A DNA stretch of 64,000 nucleotides from Octopus sinensis. Taxonomy: Eukaryota. A program made the translations under genes and the position numbers. Every line of letters starts with the position of its first letter. Positions within the stretch are counted from its first letter, which is position 1. Location of the stretch: the NCBI RefSeq assembly GCF_006345805.1, contig NC_043019.1:22071360-22135359 (forward strand), read 5' to 3'. This document shows positions 1 to 12,722 of the stretch, in pieces. The notes beneath the pieces were generated by a model. The model had not been told where the DNA came from. It made no database searches and worked only from the letters and a program-made list of their open reading frames with translations.

Positions 1-1065
1 GGCATCTATTTCTAGTAGAACGAACGACCATTGCGGACGTCCATCGTTGGCCAATTAAACAGTGTCAGTTAGTGACTGTCAACTTTTTAATTAATTACAC
101 AAGGAGATAAACAAATGGAATTTCTTTCAAAAATAGTGTGACTTACAGCAAGAATTTATATCGTTTATATCTTAAGGCCAACGTGAAGTGAAAACAGATA
201 AATAATGTAAACTATTCTATTTTATTTCATTTTTATCTTATTCGACGGAATGGGGGTAGAGAAAGAAAGTTCAAGGGTTACACGAAAAACAAGCAAGTTT
301 ATCTATTCAGGATATTATAGACGAAAGATAATGACTGGATAATGAAGAAGAAATAAAAATAGAGGTAGAATAATCAAACATTTCGTTTTATTGTCGAGTG
401 CACATGTTGAATTTTCTTCTCAGACGATAGCTTGATTCACCCTTGTTCTCCAAGTCGGACATTAACTGTAAAGAAAGAACCAACGAGGGAAGGGTCCTGG
501 CTCTACGTAATTACAAGACATGCTAGAGATAGCAGCTAAATCTCCCACAAATCACACCTTTGTCTTTAAAAAGTGAAAGAGTAGATATACTAAGTTGGAA
601 AAAAAAAAGTATTAGACACGTTATTATCTTAATAAAAACATCGTCCCGATAGATGGAACTTACGGTTAAACAATGAAGCTACTAGAAATAGCAGCCGAAT
701 CTCACTCTACCATCATTAAGTAATAGGGTAGATAGAATATAAGCTAAGTCTGGAAAAAGTATTAGTTACGTTGTTTAATAAATAAAGCAAGGTGACTACT
801 CATGAGTGAGGTACAAAAGAAACGCATTGTAATAATGTAATCCTAAATATAGCATAAAATGCAATGGCCATGCCTGGAATGTCTAAGTATCCTTGTTTTT
901 AACAGTCCTGACTTCAAATGGATCTTTCCTTTTAATAGACCTTTATGTATACAGGTGTATGTATAGTTATGTCTGGGATTTTTTTAGTGGGTGGGGGTGA
1001 AGGTCGAATTAGGAATTTAAACTTCGTGGATTCATTTTTGAGGCGAATACCTAATTATTTCTTTT

Positions 1066-1481
1066 GGGCAATCTTTCGTCTCTAGTAGACCTTTCCGTCG
1101 ATTTCCGTAAAAATTTTTTTTTTTTTACATATGGGCTTGCGGGAACTTTTGAAGTAATGAGAGCGAAAGAGACTAAGAGAAAGCGATTGTATGACGAGGG
1201 AAGTTCCTTTGAAGTTACCGTGCATGGGAGCATTGATGGACATGTGTGTGTGTTTGATGGGATGTGGGAGACAGACAGTATGTTGTGTAAGTGAAGTGCT
1301 TCTGTTAGTGTGTGTGAAGAGACAGAGTAATGTGTGAAAGAGAGAGATAACTGAAATTTTTTACTCGGTGTATGTGTATATGTATGTATATTACTTCAAA
1401 AGTTACCGCAAGCCCATATGTAAAAAAAAAATTTTTTTACGGAAATCGACGGAAAGGTCTACTAGAGACGAAAGATCGCCC
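1066..1481. mobile_element. MITE-like element with ~90 bp terminal inverted repeats
   Basis: GGGCAATCTTTCGTCTCTAGTAGACCTTTCCGTCGATTTCCGTAAAA... (1066-1158) is inverted at 1393-1481; the same terminal motif recurs at 14551-14597. No clear TSD. Confidence 0.75.
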
Positions 1482-4400
1482 TAAAATTCGTAATTGGAAA
1501 AAGAAAATTAAACAAAAGTAAAATAATCATTTAAAATTATAAAAATTAATTAGAAAAGTAACGAAACCCCCCAAACTCGAGAAAACAAATCATTAACAAA
1601 ATGTCTACTTATATAAAGGGTCGTATCAAAAGATTAATTTGAATTTAGGGCCGTAAAAATGAAGAGACGTGAATAAACTTTCAATAAAAAAATAGTGGGC
1701 GTAAGTTGAGACCTTCTCGACTACAAATGGAATAATTTCTACCCCGTTGCTTAGTCCTGCTAAGGATAGCGGTTAAATCTTCCTCAAACATCATGTCCTA
1801 CCTTAAGCAAGGTGGGGGGAAAAAACTGGGGAACACTAATAATGTAATCCTAAATATACCAAAAATATATGAAAATAAATGATATGGTCACGCCAGGAAC
1901 GGCTTGGGTAACAAGCTAGTGTGTTGTTTTAATCAGGACTGACTTGTCGTGGGGTGTAAGTGAGAAGTATCAACCGAACAACTTACCTGTTGCATGAAGG
2001 AAACCCTGAATGCTGAAGACCAAGTAAAAGATAGGCAAAAATATAAAGGAGGGGAGATGGAGGAATAAGGTTAAATTAATTAACAACTTTTTAAAATCAA
2101 TTTTCTATAGCAAATAATTACGACTGTTCCCCGTTACTCCTACCAACAGTAAGAATATTTCAAAAATGTTGTCAATCAAAATTTGAAAAAAGAATATCAC
2201 CGGGGTTAATTACTCAGTGACGCCATATGCATAAGAAAATGACAGTTGTTGAAATAAATGACAACCAACTTATGTCATTGGTTCCTTTGAGTTATTTCCA
2301 TTGTCTCGTTCTATTTAATTTATTCATTGTTAGCGGGAAAAAACCTATTAGATGAGAATCAAAACTTCGAAGGGAGAAAGGGAGAAAGAAGAAAAAAACT
2401 TCAAATCACCACATGAGGTAGAGAAATAGTAATAGACAATGTTCTTATTTAGTACCAAGTCAGTACCGATCTCTGATCAAAAGCATTATATCCACGACAA
2501 CCCCTTTTTTTATTTAGATTTAGAGTATATACATTATTCAGTTTCTTGTTGCGGCAGACCCAGGTTAGTCTAAATTAGTTAAGTCTATGATCAAAACCGT
2601 TCCAATCACGACCACAACATCAAGGACAGGACATTATTCAATACGTCCTTTTTTTTATATATAAGAAAGGGTGCGATTCACGATGTATTTTTTTACACTA
2701 CTAACGAGAATTAAATATAAACATGTCTGCCAGTAAAGTTTCTGAGAAGTTTTGTTTTGCGACAGGTGGTTGAAGAAAAAAGTAACACACACACATTGAA
2801 CAAGCAAGTGTTAAAAAGAAGGAGGTATCGTCGAAATAATATTTTAGGAATTCCATTACTAACACAATACCGTGAATGCGGTTAAGAGGAACGAGAAGAG
2901 AGATTAAATGTAGGAAGGCCAAAGATAAAGAGAGCGTCAGGGAAGGAGGGGACGAATGGAGATAGTGAATAACAGGTAAGGCAAAACAGTAAGGAAGGGG
3001 TAATAAGACGATTTAAAAAGACTCATATAAGAGGTAAATATGTTCTTAACACAAGTCAATTCTGGAATAGACCCCAGACGAAAGGTATTCCCTATCGTCT
3101 TTCTTGTGTGGGGGGGGGGCTTCTGGCTACCTGTCAATCAATCCATCTATTTTTTTTTGTTCTTTTCTTCCCTTTTACGATCCCTCTTGATCGAAAACCT
3201 ACGCCACCCCTTTTTTTTTTGTTTTTTGTTTTTTTCATCCCCCAAAAGAAAAGCTCTACCTTGTAACTTGTCCCATCTGTGTGCAGCCCTGTGTGGCCAA
3301 TAAAGAAACTTATATTTAAGGCTAACGGTTTTTGATTTAAGCACAAATCCAGTAATTTTGACGGGAGGGGGTTAGTCAATATCATCGACCTTAGTATTTG
3401 ACTGGTACTTTATTTTATTGACCCCGAAGGGATGAAAAGCAAAGTTTACATTGCCGGGATTTGGACTCAAGAATGTAAAGGGCCAAAACGAAAACTGCAA
3501 AGCATTTTCCCGATTTTCAAATAACTGTACCAGCCCGCAGCCTTTTATGTTTCAAGTTTTGGCACAAGGCCATCAATTTTAGGGAGAGGACTCAATCGAT
3601 ATTATCGATCCCAGTGCTTAACTGGTACATATTTTATCGATCCGGAAAGGATGAAACATAAAAGTCGAGCTCGAACCAGAAAAATAAAACAGAGGACGTT
3701 AAGTATCAATAAATCAAGTATAAAAAGACATCGGTGATAACCAAAAGTGTATGCATAGTACACAGGATAAAACAACAAAAACTGAAAAAGGAACAGTAAA
3801 AGAACCATAAAAAGGAACGTCAGGAGTAGCGTTGGCAAATTTCGGGAAACATGGGATTTAAGGATGCAGTGTCCTAACAACCGACATGGATAGTTTATTC
3901 TATGCTTTCCTTTCCATATCGGCTAACTCTGATAAGCATAAGGTTATAAAATCGGATTGTTGCCTAACACTCCGTTGTATTCCTTGCGCGAAACCGATTG
4001 GTAAGATCAGCCGTGATGCATATATAACACTGTGCATTTCGGATTATATATATATATATTAATCGAAAATGTACAGTATTATATATCCATTACGGCCGAT
4101 CTTACAAATCGGTTTCGCACTAGGGGTCCAACGGAGTGTTAGGTAACAGCCCCATAATATAACCCTGTACTCCTCAGAGATGACAGTTATAGAGAATATA
4201 TATATATTACAATGTAAGTAAAAGAGCAGGTATACTATTATATCATCAAGCAATACTGGTTATGGCATGTAACTGGTAAGAATATTACCATTGGCTTTGT
4301 GCCAGATATGGTCAGTAGACAACATTGATGGCTCTTCAGATAATCGGTACAAATCCAACATGCCATACCCAGTAAAATATTGCTTGACTATATATATATA

Positions 4401-5624
4401 TATACTAACATTGGACCGAGAACCAGCCCCGAGTCGGATCTAGTTTAAATTAGATGTGGTATTTACATATCTATAGTATTCTACCAACACTCGTTACTTT
4501 CACGGTTGTTTTACTTCACTGTGAACCCTATGTTACTCTACCTAGCCATTTCTGCCATATTACGTGTTGATGTGGCCAGATTCTACTGAATCCTATGACT
4601 AGTGTGTGTGTGTGTGTTTCATAAGAGGAACCCTATGAAGATTGAAAATATTGCCAATAAGTTGCTAACTTTTTGATAAAGTTAAGATGATTATCGCCTA
4701 TTTTTTAAAACCTGTGTAACAAACACAATGACAACGAAAAAAGTAATATGAGTGCAAATTTTTACTAAGCTGTCGTTAAAATTTCATTAACATTTTAGAG
4801 CTATGTGGTAAGTTCTTCGGTACCTGTCAGCGTGAGAAGCCCTGGTGTGGAATATTTGGTTATTTCTGAAAAGATCGGGCGCGTTCACTGAGTCAATGAC
4901 AAAATGAAATAAAAGACAAGATCATTGTATAACGGGACGTAAGAGAAATTGGACGACATTGTGTAAGACTATCTATATGTAGGAGAAGGAAATGAAATGG
5001 AGATGTGTTGACACGGGAAACCGACTGTCAATAAATACAAGAGAGAGAAGAAACATTAGGTCGAAAGGTGAAACGAGTAGACATTCAGTGACATTGAAAT
5101 AGGCCATTTATATACACACATTTTCATAGCAGTGTATACATGTGCATATATATATAGACACACACACAGCAGCGTGTAGTGCACACACATTATACAGGTA
5201 TATATTGATACGTACCAGTGTGTATACATTGTGCATATACATATATATATATATATATATACATACACACAGAAAGTGTGTAAACGTCTATGTACAGGTG
5301 CAGCCATTTATTATAATTATACATTATCAAATGGTTACCGTTATATGAAAAGACAAGGCATCCTCCCAAAATGAACACAATAAGCGGCTTCCACTGTATA
5401 CCCACTCCATACACGCATATTACACACACATTCAAACACGCAAAGCTGTAGACAGCAGGATAGACAGATAGACCAACAGAGATTTTGTGATGTTACAAGT
5501 GCAAATATCTGATGGAGAACTCATTACGTGAAGTAGAATATATATTGCTAATGTCTATCATACATAAAGTTGACAGTCTGTTCTGAGTCTCATCCTGAGT
5601 TGAACAGTCGTAATTATATATATA

Positions 5625-5852
5625 TATTTCTTTACTACCCACAAGGGCTAAACATAGAAGGGACAAACGAGGACAGACAAAGGGATTAAGCCGATTACAT
5701 CGACCCCAGTGCGAAACTGGTACTTTATTTATCGACCCCGAAAGGATGAAAGGCAAAGTCGACCTCGGCGGAATTTGAACCCTGAACGTAACTGCAGACG
5801 AAATACCGCTAGGCATTTCGCCCGGCGTGCTAACGTTTCTGCCAGCTCGCCG
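5625..5852 (-). mobile_element. tRNA-derived SINE, family B (GGCGGCGAGCTGGCAGAAACG head)
   Basis: Near-identical to copies at 26096-26325 (-) and 42746-42975 (+); flanked by direct repeat TAATTATATATAT. Confidence 0.85.
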
Positions 5853-7260
5853 TAATTATATATATGCACACCGAAGTGTGTGTGTACAGAACGGAAATCA
5901 GTTCCCGTGACCCGTTGCAGTGGTTCCAAAGTGTGGGAGAGAAGAAGGCATCCTCAAACCGGAAAACTGGCCCTGATGCTTCTAAGAGTATTGACTCCAC
6001 TGAAGACAATCATAATGCCACCAAGTGGTAGAATTAAAATAGGTAACAGGTTGTGTCTACCACACAAATCGGCCATAACGGGATTTGGACCCAGAGCACA
6101 AAGAGCCGGTACAAGTACCCAAAAAGCAACAGGTCTGACATTCTTGCAGTTCCTCCGATCCACTTCTGGACATTTTTTATTTTGGGGGGAGGGGGGTCGG
6201 CTCCGAAAGAATGAAAGGTAAACTTGGTCTTTTATCCAGCGGAATTTGAACTGAAAGCACAGAGAAGTCGGAACAAATATCGCGAACCAGGGGCGGAAAC
6301 AGCCGTCGGTCAATCGGGCACTGCCCGAGGGCCCGGAGCTGAGGGGCCCACACTCTACATATTAACTCTACTAAAACACACATTCAAAGGAGCCCAGTAA
6401 ACAGTTATGCCCGAGAGCCCTTAATATTCTCAGTCCGCCCATGTCGCGAACTATTCTGTCCGACGCACTAATGACTCTGCCAACCACACCTGTTTGGCGC
6501 TTGTTTACCTTATTATACACACATTGTAGGTGAATAATAAACCACGTAGTTAGGGTAATAGTTCTAACCATTAATATCCGAGCCATACAGGTGCACATAT
6601 ACACATATATAAAATGTAAGTTTTCTATTGAAACGTTTATTTGTACCTGGACGACGCGAAATCCTTGCTCAATATATATATATATATACACACACATATT
6701 TCTGGTGTAGGCCGATTTATGGGGTTACCCTGGGTTTACACACACACAAATTTTGTATGTAATAATAAAAGTATAGACAGGTAAACAACTGGTGTCGGGT
6801 CAGTTTATAGCATTTGCATATTTATACTACACGGAGAAACGAATATTTTAAGAAGTTTAAATCACAAGTGACCAACAATATATATATAACCCATGCTAGC
6901 ATGGAAAGCGGACGTTAAACGACGATGATGATGATGATGATCCGAACAAGAAGTACTCTAAAGCATATAGTAGTAATGTACCTATATGCAGTTAAGTATA
7001 TGTCCGGTCATAGTGACCAATGATTTCGCATCCATGGGACTAGGCCCTTTATGGATACGAAACCATTAGTCACTCTATGGCCGAATATATACGTAACTGC
7101 CATATATATGTAGAGAGAGAGAGACACACACGCCAATATCAAACACAAATAAATAATATATAATATATTTAGTTTTCACTGAACACCTGTATAAGCCGGA
7201 GAACTAGGATGCTAGCATCCTTTAAAGGATTATAGGTCCTTCACACACATATATATATAT

Positions 7261-7530
7261 ATAGGCGCATGGTTCCGGGTTCAGTGCCACTGCGTCTCAC
7301 CTTGGGCAAGTGTCTTTAGCCTCGTGTCGACTAAAGCCTTGTGAGCAGATTTAATAGACGGAAACTGAAAGAAGCCCGTCGTATGTGGGTGTGTATGTCT
7401 TGACAACCAATGTTAGAGATCCCGTAACTCAGCGATAGAATAAGTACTAAACTTTAAGAAAAATAAAGTCTTGGCACCGATTTGTTCGACTAAAATCCTT
7501 CAGGGCGGTACTCCAGCATGGCCGCATGTG
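7261..7530 (+). mobile_element. tRNA-derived SINE, family A (internally deleted)
   Basis: Matches the family A consensus seen at 25261-25655 and 59353-59739. Confidence 0.75.
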
Positions 7531-7784
7531 CAAGGGGAAAATCCACACGGTGTGAGCAGCGGGGAGGCTTAAAATTGAAGGTTGAGATTTGTAGGAAATT
7601 GGAGCCACAATTAAAATAAGGATGTCAATACATCAAGTAGCGGATGTATTGGTCTGTTTAATGATAAGTGGACTCTTGTAGAAAAACTACTTGTAGGTCC
7701 CTGGGTCCCCGAGAATGTCACAGAACTGGTCCTTTAAAATAAAATGCGAGTACATACGGTACATAAGTACGTGTATATATATAT

Positions 7785-7845
<61 letters not shown>

Positions 7846-8152
7846 TTGTGAGCAGAATGAAATATGTGCTTTGTGTGAGTGCGTAGACTCACAAGCCAGC
7901 ACAATAATGAACTGGCATTTGTAAACAAAAGATTGAATTAATTAAAATAAAGAAGATAGTTGAGAGTGACTTCGAAGTCTGGTGTACGAATCGCAGCTGA
8001 TGACGGCTAATAAGTCGAAATTTCGAAGTCACTGTCAATCACTTCCTCAAAGGGAATTTCTTAGAAACATAATTCGGAAACATGACACACACACGTTTAG
8101 AAAATTAGGGCTTTATTAATTTTTGTTTGAATTTCACATCTTTTTAGATAAC

Positions 8153-8203
<51 letters not shown>

Positions 8204-8565
8204 ATACGCACAAATAAATTATAGTTAAAAACCAACACGTTTTTGGGTGCGTTTTTGTGATTGTTGCATAGGAAGACTAAAGTTTATGAAAACATACACA
8301 TAAATGTGTTTGTATCTACGTATGTATGGTTTGCTTATAAACGTTAATAGAATACATCGGCAATGTTTCGCCTATCCTTCAATTCTATGTTAGATTTTCA
8401 AGATAACTTCAAATTAATATTCTTTTACTTGTTTCAGTCATACAACTGCGGTGATCATGCTGGGGGCATATGTCAATTGTTATAAAGCGGTGTGAGATTG
8501 AAGCACACACCTGAGAAAAGTCATTTGTAAACATTTAAAATCTTTGAAAGTGTGTGTGTATATTG

Positions 8566-8597
<32 letters not shown>

Positions 8598-9650
8598 GGT
8601 GTGTGTGTCTAATTTTAAAGGCTACAGGTGTCTGTGTAATGTTTAACTTTAAACACGTCTTCTTAAAAGTGCGTGCAAGTTAACGTCTATTCACATGCAC
8701 ACAAATATATGTAACCTATGTAGAAGAAACGGTAGATATAAATATAAGGTTTTAATTTATTTAATTTAAACATATTTAGAGCATTTCATCAAGTGAGCGG
8801 AATTTCTAGCTATTCACAGAGAAGCCGGACAATTGGTTATTTAACACTTTCGTTTTTCTCAAATAAAAATAAAAAAATGTGTACATATAGAGCCAAACTA
8901 TGACACAAAATAAACATACGTATACAAATAAAAAGACCCATATATATATATATATATATATAATATATATTACAAAAAAGCAATGAAAATAATAATTAAA
9001 AGCTTATAAATTGGCACTGGAAAACACCTTACCCCGTTCGTTGTTGTTTTTTTTTAAATATATATATTGCGATTTTTTTTTCTTCTGTCCAACTAAGAGG
9101 ACACCCAGCACACTGTTGACACCACCTGATGGCCTTAATTACAGGTAAGGTAATAACAGGGAAATCCACACACACACACACACAGGACGAACAAATTTTA
9201 TAACTATTATTTGTCTTTCTTTTGTAATTTGTTATTATTTATACTTTTACAGTTGCTGTATATAAAATATAACGAAAGGTGGACTGTTATTATTGTTGTT
9301 ATATATATATATTTTTTTAATTCTTTTTTTTTGTTCGTTTAATTATTTTCCTCTTTCACCATGAGTGAGCATGTGTGTATGCTTGCGTATATATCTATAT
9401 CTGTGTGAGTGTGTGAATTATGTATGTATTGCATATGTATTGTGTAAGTAAATAAAAGTTTGTGTGTATACTTATCTGAGTATATGTGTGTTTGTTTTGT
9501 TAGTGTTTCTCTTACCCATTCTCCCCACTCTCTCTACTATCCTTTACCTTAATCTCAATTATCTCTTTTCGTCGCTTTTACCCCGTCACTAAGACGCCTT
9601 CTCTCTTTTTTATATGTACATGCTTACAAAGACATAGATATGCACACACA

Positions 9651-9696
<46 letters not shown>

Positions 9697-10799
9697 ATAT
9701 ATAGATGATTACTTAATACTCAACCTCATTCAGTCAGCCAGCCACACACCTTGCTAATAATAATAATAATAATAATCCAATAATACAATCTTTTCTTTTA
9801 ATTAATACTACGGTCCGCTTAATCTGGTTTGACCTGGGGTTAAACAATATTTACTATTACTGCTACTACAGTTTCACTTCCTCCTACTTTCATTGTTACT
9901 TGTATCCCCCTCTATATTTCACTTAGACACTCCTCCCATAGTGAACTTCATTCAAATCTAGGTACTACGTCACCTTGAACTCTGAACCCTCACTGCAAAA
10001 TGGCGTCACTTCCTGAATTGTATTCATACACTACAACCTTATTCGTAAACACATGCAACCAATAGAGGTATTCCCCGCGTTACAGAGGCATTGAACATCT
10101 AAAACTGCTGCCGTAACGCAAAGTTTCGTAACGCAAAACAAATTTCCCTCATACATTATAATGTTCACTGATTTCCAATTATTGTAAATTGGGTTTCCTG
10201 TTATGGAACTCCAATTTCAAGATTGGAGACACAAAATACAATTGTATAATATTTAGAAAGATATAATTTATACATGTATGTATGTATATATGGACTCAAA
10301 GATATTGACAAGTAAAAAATTTCAATTAGTTTTTTACATGGTTCCAGATTCGGTCCTACTGCATGACACTTTGGATAAGTGTTTCTGCTATAGCGCAAGG
10401 TGGGCCAAAGCCTTGTGAGTAGATTTGGTAGACAGAAACTGAAAGAAGCCTGTCATGTGGTTAACCACTAAGGGTGGATGCTACTGTTGCTTGTAGCCCC
10501 AGGAGAACATCTTCTCCAGCTGGCTTTTGACACACAATCTGTGCCTTATCAGTATTTGCAAAGGGAAGCCATCCTTCCCATCGTCGACTTGACGTGATAC
10601 GCACACACCCGGGTTTCTGAATATTTATCCGTCGTCAGTGCACGACAATCACCGGTCTTCGATACGAAGGGGTCCCAATACAAATACATATATCCTTTTT
10701 CCAGTGACGAAAAGTCACTGATCTCGAAAAAAGTGTTAACAAGCAATAATAAATCTCTGAACGATGTATAAACAGTACCTACACGACAATGTGAAGAAT

Positions 10800-11150
<351 letters not shown>

Positions 11151-12316
11151 TATCCAAGGTAGAGTAGTACAATTGTTTCATGCTACTTCATTTTATTAAA
11201 CACTGTAAGTATTACATCAGTTTTAAAATGTCAAGCAATCTTCAGCCACATATAGAATTTTTTTTAATTAAACGGACAATGCGCATTCTTATACTTATTT
11301 CATTTGCTAACATTACAAAGAGGGTGGATATATAGACAGAGAGGTTAATTTCATCATTAAGAACATGGTGGTAATATGTTCTTTCCCATCTGTAGATTTT
11401 TTATCACTGAGTTCGCTTTGTTATTTAGATCTATCAGTGGGGAGGGGGTTTCTTGGTTCAGTCGAGACAAATATGAAAATATCTCTTTTGCATCTTACTT
11501 TTTTGGTCTCTTAAATTTACTGCATTTTGGGCATTATTTCAAGCCAGCCGGCTTTTTTGTGCATTTTTCTTGCATATGTGTAGCATCGATCGTAACAGCT
11601 GATGTACATGCGCGTACAAATGCACGTTCCCACGGCTTCATCGATCGCATTCTCAACTGGAATCGATTTTTGTAATTTGTTCAAGATTTATACACGCCCT
11701 GATACCGTCGGTATCCACATATCAAATTTGAGCGCAATCGGATGGAGGATGCCAGAGATCCTAGAAGACACACACACACAGACAGAACGGATTTTATATA
11801 ACAGATATATATGTTGTGTCTGAGGGAGTCATTCTGTTTCAGTACCTTGTAGTTTAACAGACTCACCGGTAAAATTTCTACTTATCTCCTTCTTTATTTT
11901 TCTAAGTGGAAATTTTACTGGTGTGTGTGTTAAATCATAAGGCACTAAAAGAGAATGACTCTCCCCAGACACAACAGAATATGGTTCAACACACGAACTC
12001 ACATAAAGAATCTTGCAAACCAAATCCAAAAACGAAATATATATATGTTTGTACCCCACCACCGCTTGACAACCGGTGTTGATTTGTTTACTTCCTCGAA
12101 GTAGCAGTTCAGCAAAATTGACCGATAGAATATCTAGACTTTAAAAAGTAAAAAAAGGACTGGTTTCGATCTGATCGACTAAAAATCTTTTCAAGGCGGT
12201 GTCCCAGCATAGCTGTAGTCTAATGACTGAAATAAGTAAAAGATTAAAGATAAATGGTATTAATGTTTAACGAACTCATTTTCTTGTTATAACAATTCTT
12301 CCGCTGCTAATAAAAC

Positions 12317-12549
12317 ATGGTATTCTGTCGTAGTGCGTCGGTCGCTTCTTGTAATGGAAGGATGTATCGCGTAGACAAGCTGAGAGAACCTCGTCAAATC
12401 GTGGCTGGATATATTTTACCGGTTTTATTATTGATACAATGTTTCAGTTTATCAGTCGAGGCTGGCAACACAAATATAAACGGGAAAAGCGAATCATCAT
12501 CCTCACCAGATTTTAAAATTCCTCTCTGTTCAAATTTGCTGCTGGGACA
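12317..12549 (+). CDS. TM2D1: TM2D1 exon 1 (MVFCRS...LCSNLLLGQ), ending at U12-type donor ATATCCTT
   Basis: ORF from ATG 12317 with hydrophobic stretch YILPVLLLIQCFSLSVEA; ends CTG GGA CA|ATATCCTTT. Which ATG is used is uncertain. Confidence 0.85.
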
Positions 12550-12601
12550 ATATCCTTTTTTTCCCCTTTAAATTGTAATGTCTAAATACATGTGCATGTG
12601 T

Positions 12602-12639
<38 letters not shown>

Positions 12640-12689
12640 TATATATATATATATACATCATATATATATACATCATATATATATATATC

Positions 12690-12722
<33 letters not shown>

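Noticed and set aside
5609-5865. Flanking repeat CGTAATTATATATAT around the SINE as proof that it inserted into already-mirrored DNA
   Set aside because: A TSD survives complementing both flanks, and the extra CG match is only 2 bp and may be SINE-derived, so it cannot separate biology from artefact.
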